A DNA stretch of 64,000 nucleotides from Saccostrea cucullata (Eukaryota), in NCBI RefSeq assembly GCF_032062105.1, contig NW_026941090.1, forward strand, positions 434,001-498,000, written 5' to 3'. Positions 12,346 to 25,592 of the stretch are shown in pieces. The position numbers and the translations under genes are program-made. Position 1 is the stretch's first letter, and each line of letters opens with the position of its first letter. Below the pieces are notes generated by a model. It was not told the origin of the DNA and did not search any database. It saw only the letters and a list, made by a program, of their open reading frames with translations.

Positions 12346-15124
12346 TCATGACCTAAATAAATTTCTAAATCTTCCAAACATGGTAGTGTCCTGTATATTT
12401 CCAAGCTGCGCTTCATCCTGTTCTTTTTGTCGCTGTTTTTCTTCCTTCATTTTCTTCCTCTCTTCCAGTCTTCTTTTCATGGCTTCATTTTTTTCATGAT
12501 AAGTGTCAAATCTTCCTGTTAAACGATAATGCCTCCTTCTTTGGAGATAAATCTCTTTGCACTCATCTTGAAATGTTGGATCACTATTCCTTGAAAAGAA
12601 AATGATTTTAAGAAATGAGTTTCATCCATGTTTCCAACGTGCTTACAATAAGGTTATTTCACAGTTTGCATCATAATGAAAGAACTGTACTAGAATACAA
12701 AGGAAGACAACTGTAGGTAAATACAAGTCCTCATGATTTTAAGTACATATACTAATTTATCAAAGATGAAATGATCGAGCCATGCATGGTTTAAAAATGG
12801 TAAAGGAAAGAGCCTCGTCAACTTCTTGTGCATACTTTTTTTTATCAATGTAGTGCATGTACATGGTGTGTAAAACTATATTGTATCAATTAGTTTAACA
12901 CAGGGGCCTGTTCAACAAAGCGAATGTTCGCGAGCGCTTGCCAAATTTCTTATACCTCCAGTAGAAATGTTTGTGAGTGCTTGCTTTTTTGAACAAGCCT
13001 CAGGTGTAAAATTCATTATTGTTGATCATTCATCTTCATTCTATTCTGTGATTCTGTGATGTACTATCTTGTAATGAAACTGGTGTAAAGCATTTCGTAT
13101 GCCATTTTCAAAATTATTTTAATATGATTATCAGATTTCATTGGAGCCCAAGAAGACACAAACTAAGAAACCTCTATATACTATTTAGATACTTACAGAT
13201 CTGTTAAACATTGATTGTATTTTTTGCTCTGTGTCCTGCATCTCCATGGAAACAATACATAATGTTCATCTGAGCATGCCATAAAATCTGAAAAGTTCAT
13301 ATGTATTAATTTGGTAATACTGGTGTATCACTGCATGAATGCATCTAATCATCCAAAGGACTTATCATCCATATTTATATTAAATACACATTTAAAAAAT
13401 ATTATAGAAAAATATACCATACTTTAAAAATTCAGGACTAATGTACATTTCGTGAATTAAATAATCTTCATGACAATAACAATTTTAGGTTTGCTGAGTA
13501 TATATGGACATAAATTTATCCAAAATTAAATGCGGGTATGTTTAAAATTCAACAATAAAAAGAATATTTTCATTTAATCGTAGAAATAGCAACACAGGGC
13601 TCTACATTAACTTTTTTCCCTACTTGTCCATTCGGACAAGTGACCAAGATATTTACTTGTCCGAACTTCAACTTCACTTGTCCGAAAAAAATTTCATTGA
13701 ATGTCTTATTCTGTCAACTTGAAAACTATTACATAAATGAAAAAAAAAATAAACGTGCTTAATTTATTAGTCTTGTTATTGATAAAAAAGACAAACACAT
13801 ATAAAACAAAATTTTATCTACACAACCTGACCTGACAACAACATAATTGTTTGCAAGTGAATCTGTAATTCAATCAGATTTATTGCAACTTACATAGCGA
13901 TTGATGCCAAGTTTACACTGCTTCCGTTTGTATTCGATAAACTTATCAATTAAATCAATAGTTGTTTTTTTTATTAATATTCAAAGACTTCTTTACATGA
14001 AAAATCACTTGTCCAATGGCATCATTCACTTGTCCGTAATTGTGAACAACATAACCAACTGACAACAATTGTATCAAATTATTTAAATCACCTTATAATG
14101 ACAATATATTGACGCCATTTTTATAGCAAAATCTACTCTATTCAAACAAATTGAAATCTATGAATTAATTGCCTGTATCCGTGACAGCCCTAGACATAAT
14201 CCGAATGTTCCTGGCATCATTCTCATGTGAACACATCAACTGAACCATATTTAAAAAGATATATTCCCAAAGAACCTCAAACATTGAAATCTATGATGCC
14301 TGTTTACCTAACAGTTCCTGCTCACAAATAATCTTTCCTCGTTCTCTCATTACATTTCCTACCAAGGTATCCTCTTCCACTTTGCGCAAAGTTCTATCCT
14401 CAGGATCACCTGAAATATTTATATTAACTGATATATATTAAAATCACATGAATTACATTAAATAATTATTTATGAATTACATTTTATACAACACACAACA
14501 CAGAAGATTGTTCATATGAATGCAGAAATATTCTGGAAGGGGTTGCTTGTGCAAAGATTGAATAAATGGAGATTCTACATTACATTATTAAATGAACCTA
14601 GGTGGTAGATGTTTATGTTTTTTAAAATTAAATATTGGTTGTTTCTGAGAGAAAAATGGGGTTTTGTTTTACATATGTACATAATTTTAATTTCTAACTT
14701 TAAAAACCCTGTTATCCAAAGAAAAATGGGTTGGTTCTTCAGAATGAGAGACTTAAAACAACTAGGATCAAGTTGCTGGGGCAAAATTTGATTGAGTTTG
14801 TTTCTGAAGTGAGAAGGACAAAAACTTTAAGCAACAACTTCAAATAATATTAGAGAAAGTAGTTATAGTTCACAATCAGAACATGCTACCAATCTCAAAC
14901 AATCCAATCTCAAGCATGCTGCACGTTCAAGTTCATTACAAATTCGTTACACAACCTTTTGATTTGGTCATTTTTGAAGCAACCCTTTTTCCAATTTAAA
15001 AATTACCTAGTCCTTTAGGACCCCCTGCCATATGATGTGGTAAAACTGTTTTGATTTTGCGAACATTTTCCTGTGTAGGGTTTTCTGTACTATTTGTCTG
15101 CTCCGCCGATTCAGGTGTGCTCAT
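12346..15124 (-). CDS. CMC1: COX assembly mitochondrial protein CMC1-like (twin CX9C), about 184 aa
   Basis: Exons 15124-15007, 14409-14308, 13287-13197, 12589-12346 (555 nt, phases match). Peptide GGPKGLGDPEDRTLRKVEEDTLVGNVMRERGKII-CEQELLDFMAC-SDEHYVLFPWR-CRTQSKKYNQC-LTDLNSDPTFQDECKEIYLQRRRHYRLTG. The true start may lie slightly upstream. Confidence 0.9.
12905..12999. mobile_element. Short MITE in the last CMC1 intron
   Basis: Imperfect TIRs ggcctgttcaacaaagc and gcttttttgaacaagcc. Confidence 0.5.
13595..14040 (+). mobile_element. Truncated hAT-like DNA element in a CMC1 intron
   Basis: Begins CAGGGCTCTACATTAAC; repeated subterminal motif acttgtcc (about 5 times); no matching right TIR seen. 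Confidence 0.45.
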
Positions 15125-17055
15125 GTTGACATTTATTCTACTTTCATTTTCGAAGGTTGTTTCACTTTTTCTATCCCCTATATCATTGTTAAAAATGTTT
15201 ACAAAACAGTCTGTGAAAAATTGCCAACATATAAACTTTATTTTGCTTAATAATTTTGTTTGGCTTTTCATCCTCGAACTATACTGTAAAAATACATCAT
15301 TTTTATTTTTATTAATGAGGTAAGGGGCTTTCCCCTTCTGGGCATCGTTGTACTTTGCCTACCATGGACAATCTTTTACAGTAAATCTTACAAAGTATTC
15401 AACAAATGTGGCGTGAAAAACCGGTTGTCGGATTTAACTAAATACTGTACTACGTGACTTCCATTCATTTGTGTAACAGTTAGGCTATGGAAAATCATAA
15501 GTATCCCGCCGGGGCCCCACTTTCCCCTCATAAACAAATGGACAAGGTGTAATGGACAAGTCTTGAGGAAAGGTCAGTATTCATGTCTTTACTGAAATTA
15601 CGAAAAGTTACACGATTATATAATAAAACATTATCTTTTTAAAGTATAAGACATGTTCTTTATTTATTCCCATTACTTTGTTTTCGGTGTAATTAACTAA
15701 CATGTGTATCTTATAATTATTAGCATGAATAGCTTCGAATCATCATCATGATCATGATTACAGAAGCTTTCCGTTAGACATACCGCATTGACGTACGTAG
15801 CAGGATTGAAAACAGCTTTCAAAACATAAGCAATAAAGAAAAAGAGCGGCATGTTAGGTTATACTGAATTGGCCTTTCCCATGGGGATGCGTGTATCACT
15901 GCCTATATTTTTAATAACTTGTCAAAAAGTTATGTAATTCACAATATAATAATATTATTTTAAGTATATATACATGTATATATAAGATGGTGATGAAATG
16001 AAAACAAATGATCTTGTGAAAGGAGTTTTCCGATTAAAAATATTTTTCCAACAGCCCCACCAGATAAAATGTTTTCTGTTGTTGAATATATCAGAAACAT
16101 GAAGCCTTTTGTCAAATTTGCAACTTTTCCATTGAAATATATGATAAATATAGATTATAGGCCTAATACCATGTTAATTATTTTCCTTGAAATTTTAAAA
16201 TAGGTGTACTTTATATAAAAAGTAATGTTAAATGCCATCCAATATAAATTTTTGGGCAATCAAAGCCACAGGTACCTGACGTTACTTAATTTTCTTTTAA
16301 TAAAAAAAATATACCCCCTACCTAATATAATAAACTTATTAGGTAGGATATTAACGTCAGGTGCCTGTGATCAAAGCACCTCTGACTTTGAAGAGTCATG
16401 TCACACCCTTAGATCTTAATCTCTGTGCAAACTTTATGAGTTTCTCATTTATGAAATATAAAAACAAACATCCTCCGGTCCTCGTGAAATTTAAATTCCT
16501 GGTAAGCTTCAAACAATTTTTGGAAATCTACATTGATTTTCAGCCCGTATCATTGACCTTGTTCCAAAAACTTTTTTTGAAGAAAAAGACGACGATACCT
16601 TTTTTTCTGGATTTACACAACATTGACCTTAGTGTCAAGTATATATGTCCTTTTTATGCGTTACAATCTCGACACTTCGTTATGCTTTAATTACTTTTGC
16701 CCTATTTGTTATTTGACTCTGTCTTAAAGTCAAGATACACCCTCGAAAAGTTTGTTTCTTCTGTTGCTACCCCTCTTAGTTTTTCTCAAAAGTTACAGGG
16801 ATATTTAATTAATTAAGGCAAAAGTTTGACCACACACAGTATCCTCTCCTCGCAATCTTCAATCCCATGTAAGTGACAGAATAAAGGGCATTACAGTGAT
16901 TACACGATCTTGTTTACAAACATTCCTTAAAATGTAGCAAAGTGCATGTTTAGATGAAAATCTGATAGACTAAGTTGATCATTGATAAAATATTCGTTCA
17001 ACACTTGAACAAAAGTCATATCAATGATTTTATTATAGGAGGTGAGATCGCCATT

Positions 17056-20000
17056 ATGACGGACATTGAGAATTACGAATTCTCCGTGGACTTCCAGACA
17101 GCAGCCACCAAGGAACTGGGCTTCCTTAAAACAATAGACGAATACCCTTCTCTGTATGGAGGGCCTGTACTCAAATACGCCATATTCAGGTACCGCAATT
17201 ATTATGTTCTTAATTTTTCTTAATATGTACGACTCAGCGTTTTATGTGTCCGTCAGTATATAAGACAATTTAATATTTATTATATACATGTCTCACCTTT
17301 GTGGTCAAAAGGGGAGGCGGTCACGTGTTTGTGTATTTAAATGAGATTTTTAAACGATAAGTTGTTTTTTTGATGCTGCGGAAATAAAGAACCACATTAA
17401 CTTACTAAAAGGATTTTTTTTTTCATATTAATGTATTAATTTTAAAAAAATGGTATATGTAAAATATTATTGACCTGTACTATGCAGCAATGCTTCATTG
17501 ATGGAAAAGCCTTGGCTATCTTTCAAACACCTTCAAAAACCCTTCCTAACTAGTTTAGTATTAAAATATTGCATAAGGAAAGTGGTTCTCATAAGAAATC
17601 AAGAGTGGAAAAATTATTAAGTGGTTGTAAAATTGACAGTTTCAGAAACCCATTATTTAAGGAATTATCTATGTTTCCAACTCACTAGTTGATGTCAGGG
17701 GCATCAACTAATAGTTGGATTCCTTTCTACAGTTTGAAACAAAATTGTGAATTAATATTTTAAAAATGTACAAATTTTAAACTATCGTTGATGTCCCAGG
17801 CATTTCAATTTCAAGTAATGCCCACTGACAAAATTAATAAATTTTAAAAATGTACAAATTTTGAAATGCATATTGACATTCTGGTAGGATGATTAAAAAA
17901 AAAACTCTTCCAACTTTCAAAACTTTATCACAGAGAAATAAATCGAAATGGAAATAAATTATGATTGAAATAAAACCTTGATAAAGTGCAAAGAATCCCT
18001 CAAACAATTTAAGGAATTTTGAATCCTACTGTCGATTGCTATAAACGGAATAATACACGTACACGTAGTGTTGACGTAGACAGGGAATTGAAATTATATT
18101 ACACTGTATTAACTCGTGAATCCTTAATGTAGGTATGAGACGTTGTGGCTGCCATTCGCTGCGGAACATAAGGATCTAACTTTGACTGCCCCGCTAGACA
18201 TCGCATGGGTGTGGCATTGTCATTTACTAGCTCCCGTAATGTACGTCAGCGACTGTCTGCGGACCTGTAATACGGAAGTCAACCATAGCCTTACACCAAC
18301 TGTAGACGCCGCGGGTACAGAACAGTTATGGTCAAAGAAATACCCGGATGTTAATTTTAATGTGAATCTCGTCGAAACGGGAATCAAACCACCTTCATAC
18401 GAATCTCGCATCCAGTACGACTTGGAAGCCGCAGCAGAAAGACAGCAAATGTTCTACTATCAAGTCTCCTTACCTCATTATACTGATGAAAAGTTTCTTC
18501 AAAATGCTATAACGCGTTACAAGCAATTTCTAACATTAAAGCGGCTAAATCCAGAATCTTTCGTTGTCCCATGCTATGATGTGGACTTGATTTGGCATTC
18601 ACATCAAGTTCACCCAGTTGGTTATAAGAAAGATACAGAAACTCTTCTAGGAAAACTGTTCAATCACGATGATTCTGTCAATGATAGAAAAGAAGGATCA
18701 AAACTCGTCATCTCTGATCGGGAGACACGAACGTTATGGCGCGAAGCATTTGGAACGAACTTTTCAGAATTCGGTGCCATGTACAGAGGTAAACCACCGA
18801 GAGGTCATCTGTTTTCTGTTTCCAGTAATGTCATAGAGCAGCACTGTTCCAAACATTTAGAATTTCAATTGAACAAAGCAGAAATTATAGACTATACGTC
18901 GGCTTTGAAAGTTCATCAACTGAAACTGAATGCAGTATTTAGAAACGGGGTAGATATAGAACTTTTGAAGCTAAAGAAGCCTGTACAGGGAGTATGGAAC
19001 ACAACCTCCCACAAGATACCAATGTATGATATCGACACAGAGATGGTTGAATCCATCAGTGTGGAGCTTTTCAAATATGGCGCGCTAGGAAAACTTGGAA
19101 GTAAAACTTTAGTGGGAAGCGGCAGAGTAACTTGCAGAGAAATGTTGCAAGATTGTAAAAAGCGTTCATCAGATGTATCTTCGATTGTACGTTTATCTAA
19201 TGGAGAATCTATTGAACTACACCACACAATCAAGATTACAGAATCGAGAGACTGTGCTTTAAAGTTGGAGGCCGGGAACTTTGAGATGGCGATCATTCCC
19301 GAACACAATGAAGATCTCTGGGGACCTATGCCTTTACCGCGCCTCCCTGAAGGAGTTGACAACAGTTGTTCTGTGGCAAATCACAGGTAAGGTGAAAGAA
19401 AATTAAAAAAAAAAATGTTATGTAGCCTGCATAGTTTCGTTAATCTACTAGTATTCTAATATACCCTCTGAAATTGTATTTTTTCCCTTAGAATACGAAA
19501 CGCAGATGGAGAAGTAATGTTCACAGCTCGCGTTATACACAGTTTGCCACTGATGACGTCAGTGGTACACGTGTACTATCATGATAAGTTGAATGTCGTC
19601 TGCCATTTGATAGGACCTGACACTTTACCAACGCCAACACAGGTGTGATGAAATAATATAATAATTTTTTACATGAATTTTATCTCTCTAAACTTAAGCA
19701 AATGTAAGATCTACTGATATTTCCTTTCGATACTGCAAAATAAGAAATTAAAAAAAATAACTTTCCTTGTTTTGCAATAGGTTCAGTCATCTGATGAAAA
19801 TTCCCCAATTACTCTCTCACCACAAAAAGGAGAACGTGCTATGATAATAAAGAATAACGAAGGAGACTGGGCAATATTAGTTGGACGCTGGACAGGGGTC
19901 AGGAAGGGTGTTCCAGGGAGAAGAGGTAGTTCTATAGCTTAACATGAACACATTTGTCTTTAGATTCTAGAAATTAGAGGTTGGGGTTAGTTTTAAACTT

Positions 20001-20984
20001 CAGCGCTCAGTCTGAGTTTTCTCTATTTTAGCTACCAAACACCAAACAGGCAGAGCACCAATACGAGGTAGTCCAGGCCACTTAGAGGTCACGATGTATA
20101 GACTACCTACAGGGGAACGTTCGGTAGTTGAACTTGACAGTGAACAGTTCCGTTACTATGACTTCACAGTCAAATTTCACGGTTTTGAGGCAGATTTTTC
20201 CAAATGTACAGTCAAAATTTCTCCAACAGATGGAGCTGAAAATCTTGCGCTGGTATTTTGTATCAGTGTTTTACAAGTACTTTGTCAACCAAGACCACCA
20301 GATTGGGAACCAGTCAAAGAAACTACCTCAGAAATGCCTGCGTATGTTAGCAAGAAGAAAGAATTTCCGGTAGACAAACTAGCATTGGTAATGGCCTTTG
20401 GATTTCAAATATGTTCACCATCAAATCATCTTCTAAGAAAGCACTTTAAGAAAAAGAAAGAAGATAAGGAGCATGTGGCGCCTGTTTATGCTGGTGGCAC
20501 CGTCAGTGAGCCAATGCATGATACACCTGTCATTGAGCCAGATGTTTATGATGATGATGATGGAAATGACGATGATCAAGAAGTTGACCAATGGGAGGCA
20601 GCAATGTTTTGTTGTAAAGACGAGGATTTTGAAAATATGTTGGCAGATGAAGATGGAGAAGATGGTGATGATGGGAATGTGGACAATGCTGACGGCGATC
20701 CAGGAGGATGTGGTGGTTGTGGTGGCTGTGGAGGGGGTGACGGGTATGGGGGAGAGGAGAGTGGTGGCGGCTGGGGTGGGGACACTGGAGGATACGGTGG
20801 GGATAATGATGATGGTGGTGGTGGTGGTGGGTGGGGTGGAGATACAGGAGGAGATGATGGAGGTGGTGGATGGGGAGGTGACACTGGGGGCGGCGGTGAT
20901 GGGGGTGGTGGTGATTCAGGGGGTGGCGGCGGTGGGGGAGATGGTGGAGGTTGTGGTGGTGGATGTGGTGGTTGTGGGGGTTGA
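17056..20984 (+). CDS. Glycine-rich domain-containing protein (GRDP/DUF1399-like), copy 1, about 878 aa
   Basis: Exons 17056-17189, 18133-19386, 19492-19642, 19781-19925, 20032-20984 (2637 nt). Motifs AIFRYETLWLP, PLDIAWVWHCHLLAPVMY, RQQMFYYQVSLPH, FLQNAITRYKQFL, VVPCYDVDLIWHSHQVHPVGY, NHDDSVNDR, GAMYRG, then an acidic/Gly tail ending GGCGGGCGGCGG, as in plant GRDP1/2. Probable 5' UTR exon ends at 15572. Confidence 0.9.
17657..17958 (+). mobile_element. Degenerate palindromic (Crypton-like) element related to 35677-36178
   Basis: Shares taaggaat, gttgatgtc/gcatcaac and the end caactttcaaa..ttatc.cagagaaa..gaaatggaaata with the copy at 35677. Confidence 0.5.
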
Positions 20985-22849
20985 AGTTAGACATCATATT
21001 GTTTATAAAGAAGATTTAAACGGTGTATAATTGGCAAAATTTGTTTTCCATTTTAATGAAAAAAAAAAAGATTTGTTTACTGTGTGAAAGGGATAAATGC
21101 CTTTATTATTAGATATCTTCACAATTTATTTATGCTTTGGGCATTGATAAGGAATTAAAGAATTGTAATTGAAACTTGCAGCAGCTAAAAATACGAAAAC
21201 CTTTTTTGGAACTCCATTACATTGTTTCCAGTTTCTTTTTGATATATTTTTGGAAGAAAGACACAATTATAAGAGTTGAAAATGGCTTCATTGCATTACC
21301 GGAGATTTACAATTTAGTCGATTACCATAACCAAAAATTGTAAAAGAACATACGATTTCATGAAAGAAAATTCGAAATGAAGCATTCTGATCGGAATGCC
21401 CATTATTACAAAGATGTATCTCCCAGAAAGCAAATAGCCGTTAGGTTAGGGGAGAGTTTCTTCAGAAACAGACAACTTATATTATGATTCGAGGCTATGA
21501 GCAGAAGAAATGAAATCTAGAACGAAGCGTGGGTTGAGGATGAAAAGGTTCGTCGCTGTTTTAGGAAACACAGTAACAATGTTTACAGATCCTTGTAATG
21601 TCTGCAGTTTCTTTCCACTTTAAGCCACTTGTTTTATACTTTCGTTTTTAGCCACATGTACATCTCTTCAGTAACTGAGTGATGTTTTTTTATGTTGAAG
21701 ATTACATGATAATCCAATTTTATTTTTAAACAGTGAAATACATATCAAGACATTGCAGAACAGTTTTAATTTTTTTTAACGAGACACTGCTTTAATAGAA
21801 CAGTTTTAATTTTTTTCATATATAAATTATTTCTAAAAAAGTGAGCGAAAGTGCATAAAATATTGTATTATTAGTCAATCTTTAGACAGGCGTCTTCAGA
21901 AATTGGTTCTAATTACAATTGATAACATCATTAGATTTTGAGAAGAGTTGATGGAAATATATTGGATGTAAATATATACTTACTAACTTTTGCTAATTAT
22001 TAATTAAATTCTTTAAATTGTCCATTCGTAAAAACCTGTACATTTTCCCATGATGATTCGGAGAAGCGGTACATCCTTGTAAACAGAAGAGGAAAATGTT
22101 TCTGATATTTATACATGTATATATTGATTCCGAAATAATCTAATAAAAATATTCTGTAATGATATGAAAATACTTTACATTTGATTAGAAATTGTTTTAG
22201 TTGTGCAATATTGATTCATTTTCGGTAATGCAAATACTAGTATCTTGTTTATTGAATATTAGGATAGATCTGAATTTGATGTTCATTGTTTAAGATATCT
22301 GTAAGTAAAGGAACATGTGTAATATAATGTTTTTTACCATAAATGTTTATACAAATTATACTCTGTTGCTGGTGCTATGGGTATATACGTGTAGTTTTAA
22401 AGAACAATATTTGTTTATTATGAACAGATTATTTTGTTTTCATTGTATTATTTATTTTGTAGTTTATGTCCTTATAACTGTGATTAAAAATTTCCTTGAG
22501 AATATTAATGGATATACGTGTATACATGCATATTTACATATTGATTCTAGAACAACAAACATATATTTACTTTTTTGATTTTGTTTGTATATTAGAGTGT
22601 ACATGTACTGGTATATTAATATTATAGTTTTTAGCAGTTTCATATGTTATTATTAATTTTTTTTCTTACATGTAGTTCGTCCATGTATATGTGTTGTATT
22701 ATCTACAATAAATTTTAAACACAGTCCTTTAAGGTATGACAAGTTTTATTTTTTGAAAAAAAAGTCAGACTTTCCATATATTGGGTAAGTAGTGTTAACA
22801 AGTGAGCATGCATTATGTAAAAAAAAAAAAAAAACTGAAGTTATGTATT

Positions 22850-23252
22850 CAAAATTCCCAGGATCCAAACTATATAGTAAATTAATGAATTGAGAAGGAC
22901 GGTTTAATTGCGATCCTGTTGTTTTCCTTAATATTCCTGATACGTTTGTATAGATCTCCCATTGAAGCCTTACCTTCCAACCTCCATCACCACCCCTTCT
23001 GCCTGGGGTCATAATTTGACTTAAGATTAATATTTTCCAGCCGATTTTTGAGACGTATAAGCCCTTTAAGTTTTTCAAGATGTAATTGAATATTTATGCT
23101 TTTTTTCTCCCCTTGAAAGAGAGCATTGCGCTTGAATTCAACAAACTCAAATTCCCTTCCCCAAGGTTTTTAAACAGACAGACAGCTAGATAGAAAAAAT
23201 GGAGTGCATGGATGATGGACAAACCTCTATCAGGAAAGTTCACTGGAGACTG
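22850..23252 (-). mobile_element. Degenerate HINE fragment
   Basis: cagacagacag microsatellite near 23175, end resembling atcaggaaagttcact, and a ccccttgaaa...aacaaactcaaattccctt satellite-like unit. Confidence 0.4.
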
Positions 23253-24366
23253 GCTGAGGCAGTGGCGTATATTCCATGTAGGCAAAAGGACTGTAGCCTA
23301 CACATCATTTTGTCAAGGATAGAAATTTAGTTGAAAAAAGGGGAGTTGATAATAAATTTTGCCTACTAATATATTACTTTGTTGCAAAGGCCAAAAAAAG
23401 CATTCTTAGCAATCCGCTTTTTTAAAATTGCCTATCCCATGTAAATATTTTCAGTCGTGCTTTTAAAGCCGATATTAATGTGTTAAGTCTTATCAGACAA
23501 TTTCAAAACCATCGACAGCAACAGGATAATTGAAATTGATAACTGGAAATATTTTTGGTTAGTAGGAAGTTAACGTATTGATCGTATTTCGATTACATGT
23601 ATTTAGAAAGGAAGTTTCTATACTTTCTGAGCAATGTAAAAATAGCTAAAAGTTCTCAATTTTGTGAAGTGTTCTTCCTATCATGATATTGTCTATCCAT
23701 ACTGCGCCTCAGATTAAATCTGTGACTTCACACACTAGCCTACACATCAGGAGAAAGGAATATACACGAGCTAAAAAGGAATAACAATTTTCTTCTTTTT
23801 AGGTGTATGCGGATATATATCGGAATTCTTTTGGTTGATAGAGATATTTTCATTACGCAGTGGTACATCTTCCTAACCTCATTCATGACAACCACGAAGC
23901 AAGTCGTGCGTGCCTGGTGTCACAAATTAATATGATTTTTAGGATAATATGCAGATTTAAATTTATAAAAGATAAAGTAAGTATATCAAATATACACAAT
24001 AGAAAAGGGGGAGCGTTAAATTTTCGTAAACGTTTAAAAATTATTCAGTCTGCTAAAAAAATAAACCAATTTTAAAATTCTTTTACGCTATTAACTAGGC
24101 TACTACTCTTAGGGGTTTTCCCTTCATGGAAATTTTGAAACTAGGTCTTTTAAAAAACAATCTGTGAAAAGCAAAAAGTCTTCTATGACAAAATAACGCA
24201 TTTATGAAAAAAAAAAATTTAAAAAAATATTGTGCATTATAAATATTTGTTTCAGATACACGATGGTATTATATATGGACGTTCCACCACAAGGCAGTCT
24301 TGGTCCACATATACCCTTACAAACAAAAGGTGTAAATGGACAAGTCATGAAGACAAGTCAGTGATT

Positions 24367-25592
24367 TAAGAAATGAATGTAATATTTTTTTCTTTGATCG
24401 ATGTATCAAAGAAAAAAAATATTACATTCATTTCTTATCATTTAATTATGACTTTAAATTGATAAAATGAAAGTTTCTTTCACTTTTCAAATTAAATTTA
24501 TGCATCAAAAACAGTGCGCACGAATACATCGCCATAACGTTAACGTTGCTGAAAATTCTATACCATGCTTTTCAAATATTGTCGTGTGATTACCAACAGT
24601 CTCCGAAATAATTTACAGTTCTTTAACACAAAAAACTTACCTGTTGTGTTATGTATATTTTCTCCGGTAAGTTATCTAGTTCAAAAATATAACAGTTCTA
24701 GGTCACAGAAACTTTGGATTTCATTTGCGCATCTTTTCATCTGAATTTCAAACTGAATATACGAGTATATCACAACATGTCAATGTTGTAAAACCTGAAA
24801 GAGTCTGCCGCCGATAGTTCAAGATTAAAGAATTCCGTCCTCAATATTCATAGTGTCCTCGATCATTCGTTTCCCATGATTTAACAGATTTACGGTTTTC
24901 CCCGCTTTGGTAGCATAATAAAACATTTTTTCAGAGTTCTGTTGTTTCATACCAGACATCTAAAAGTCAAACATTTAAGCAAAGTATGCCGATTAAACAA
25001 TTTCCTTGACCAAGAGTTACTTACATACTGGAGGTTAATTATTCCTTCATTGTTCAACCAATTTAAAATTTTTATATTTGCTATTTTGAATTAGAAATCA
25101 TTATTTTCCTGAAGTATATAAATTTTTGGAAGCCTCCTTTATTTAAAAAAAATTATTTGGTAAAGATTTTCCACCAAATATTTCTACTATATTTTCTTAA
25201 ACTTGGTAAGACAAAGAGGGAAAATCACTGAGTCGACCTCCAATATGGCGGCCAACGGGAGGTAACTTTCGCTAAATTCAGGCCTATCGAAAACTATCTA
25301 TTGTCGTCATGCAGACGATTTCATTTGTTTTAGCAAAGGGGAATAATTCAAAATGAAAAAACGAAAGTAGAAAGTAAGTCAGGAACGTAACGGACAGGTT
25401 CCGAAATTCAGGAAAATATTTATAAAAGCAAAAGTATTTAATTAGGCCTATTCCTTCAAAAAGTAATCCGGAAGCGGGAATATACATGTAAAAAAGTATG
25501 CTTAGTGCAAGCGAACTCTAGATTTTATTGATGCAGTTATCAAAAGAATTTTTTATCCAATCAGAATCAAGTATTTTATAGAAATTAAATGA
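24367..25592 (+). mobile_element. Crypton-like non-autonomous element with terminal palindrome
   Basis: Palindrome taagaaatgaatgtaatattttt...aaaaatattacattcatttctta (24367-24437) followed by tcatttaat, whose inverse attaaatga closes the element at 25584-25592. No TSD. Family assignment is inference. Confidence 0.55.

Noticed and set aside
20473-21030. His-rich (20530-20997, -), Pro-rich (20576-20884, -) and Val/Met-rich (20473-21030, +) ORFs
   Set aside because: They are alternative-frame shadows of the GGT/GAT-rich GRDP1 tail, with no independent gene signals.
21030-24300. Short ORF-track entries in AT-rich intergenic DNA here and elsewhere
   Set aside because: They have low-complexity F/I/K/Y composition, no recognisable domains and no consistent splice structure.
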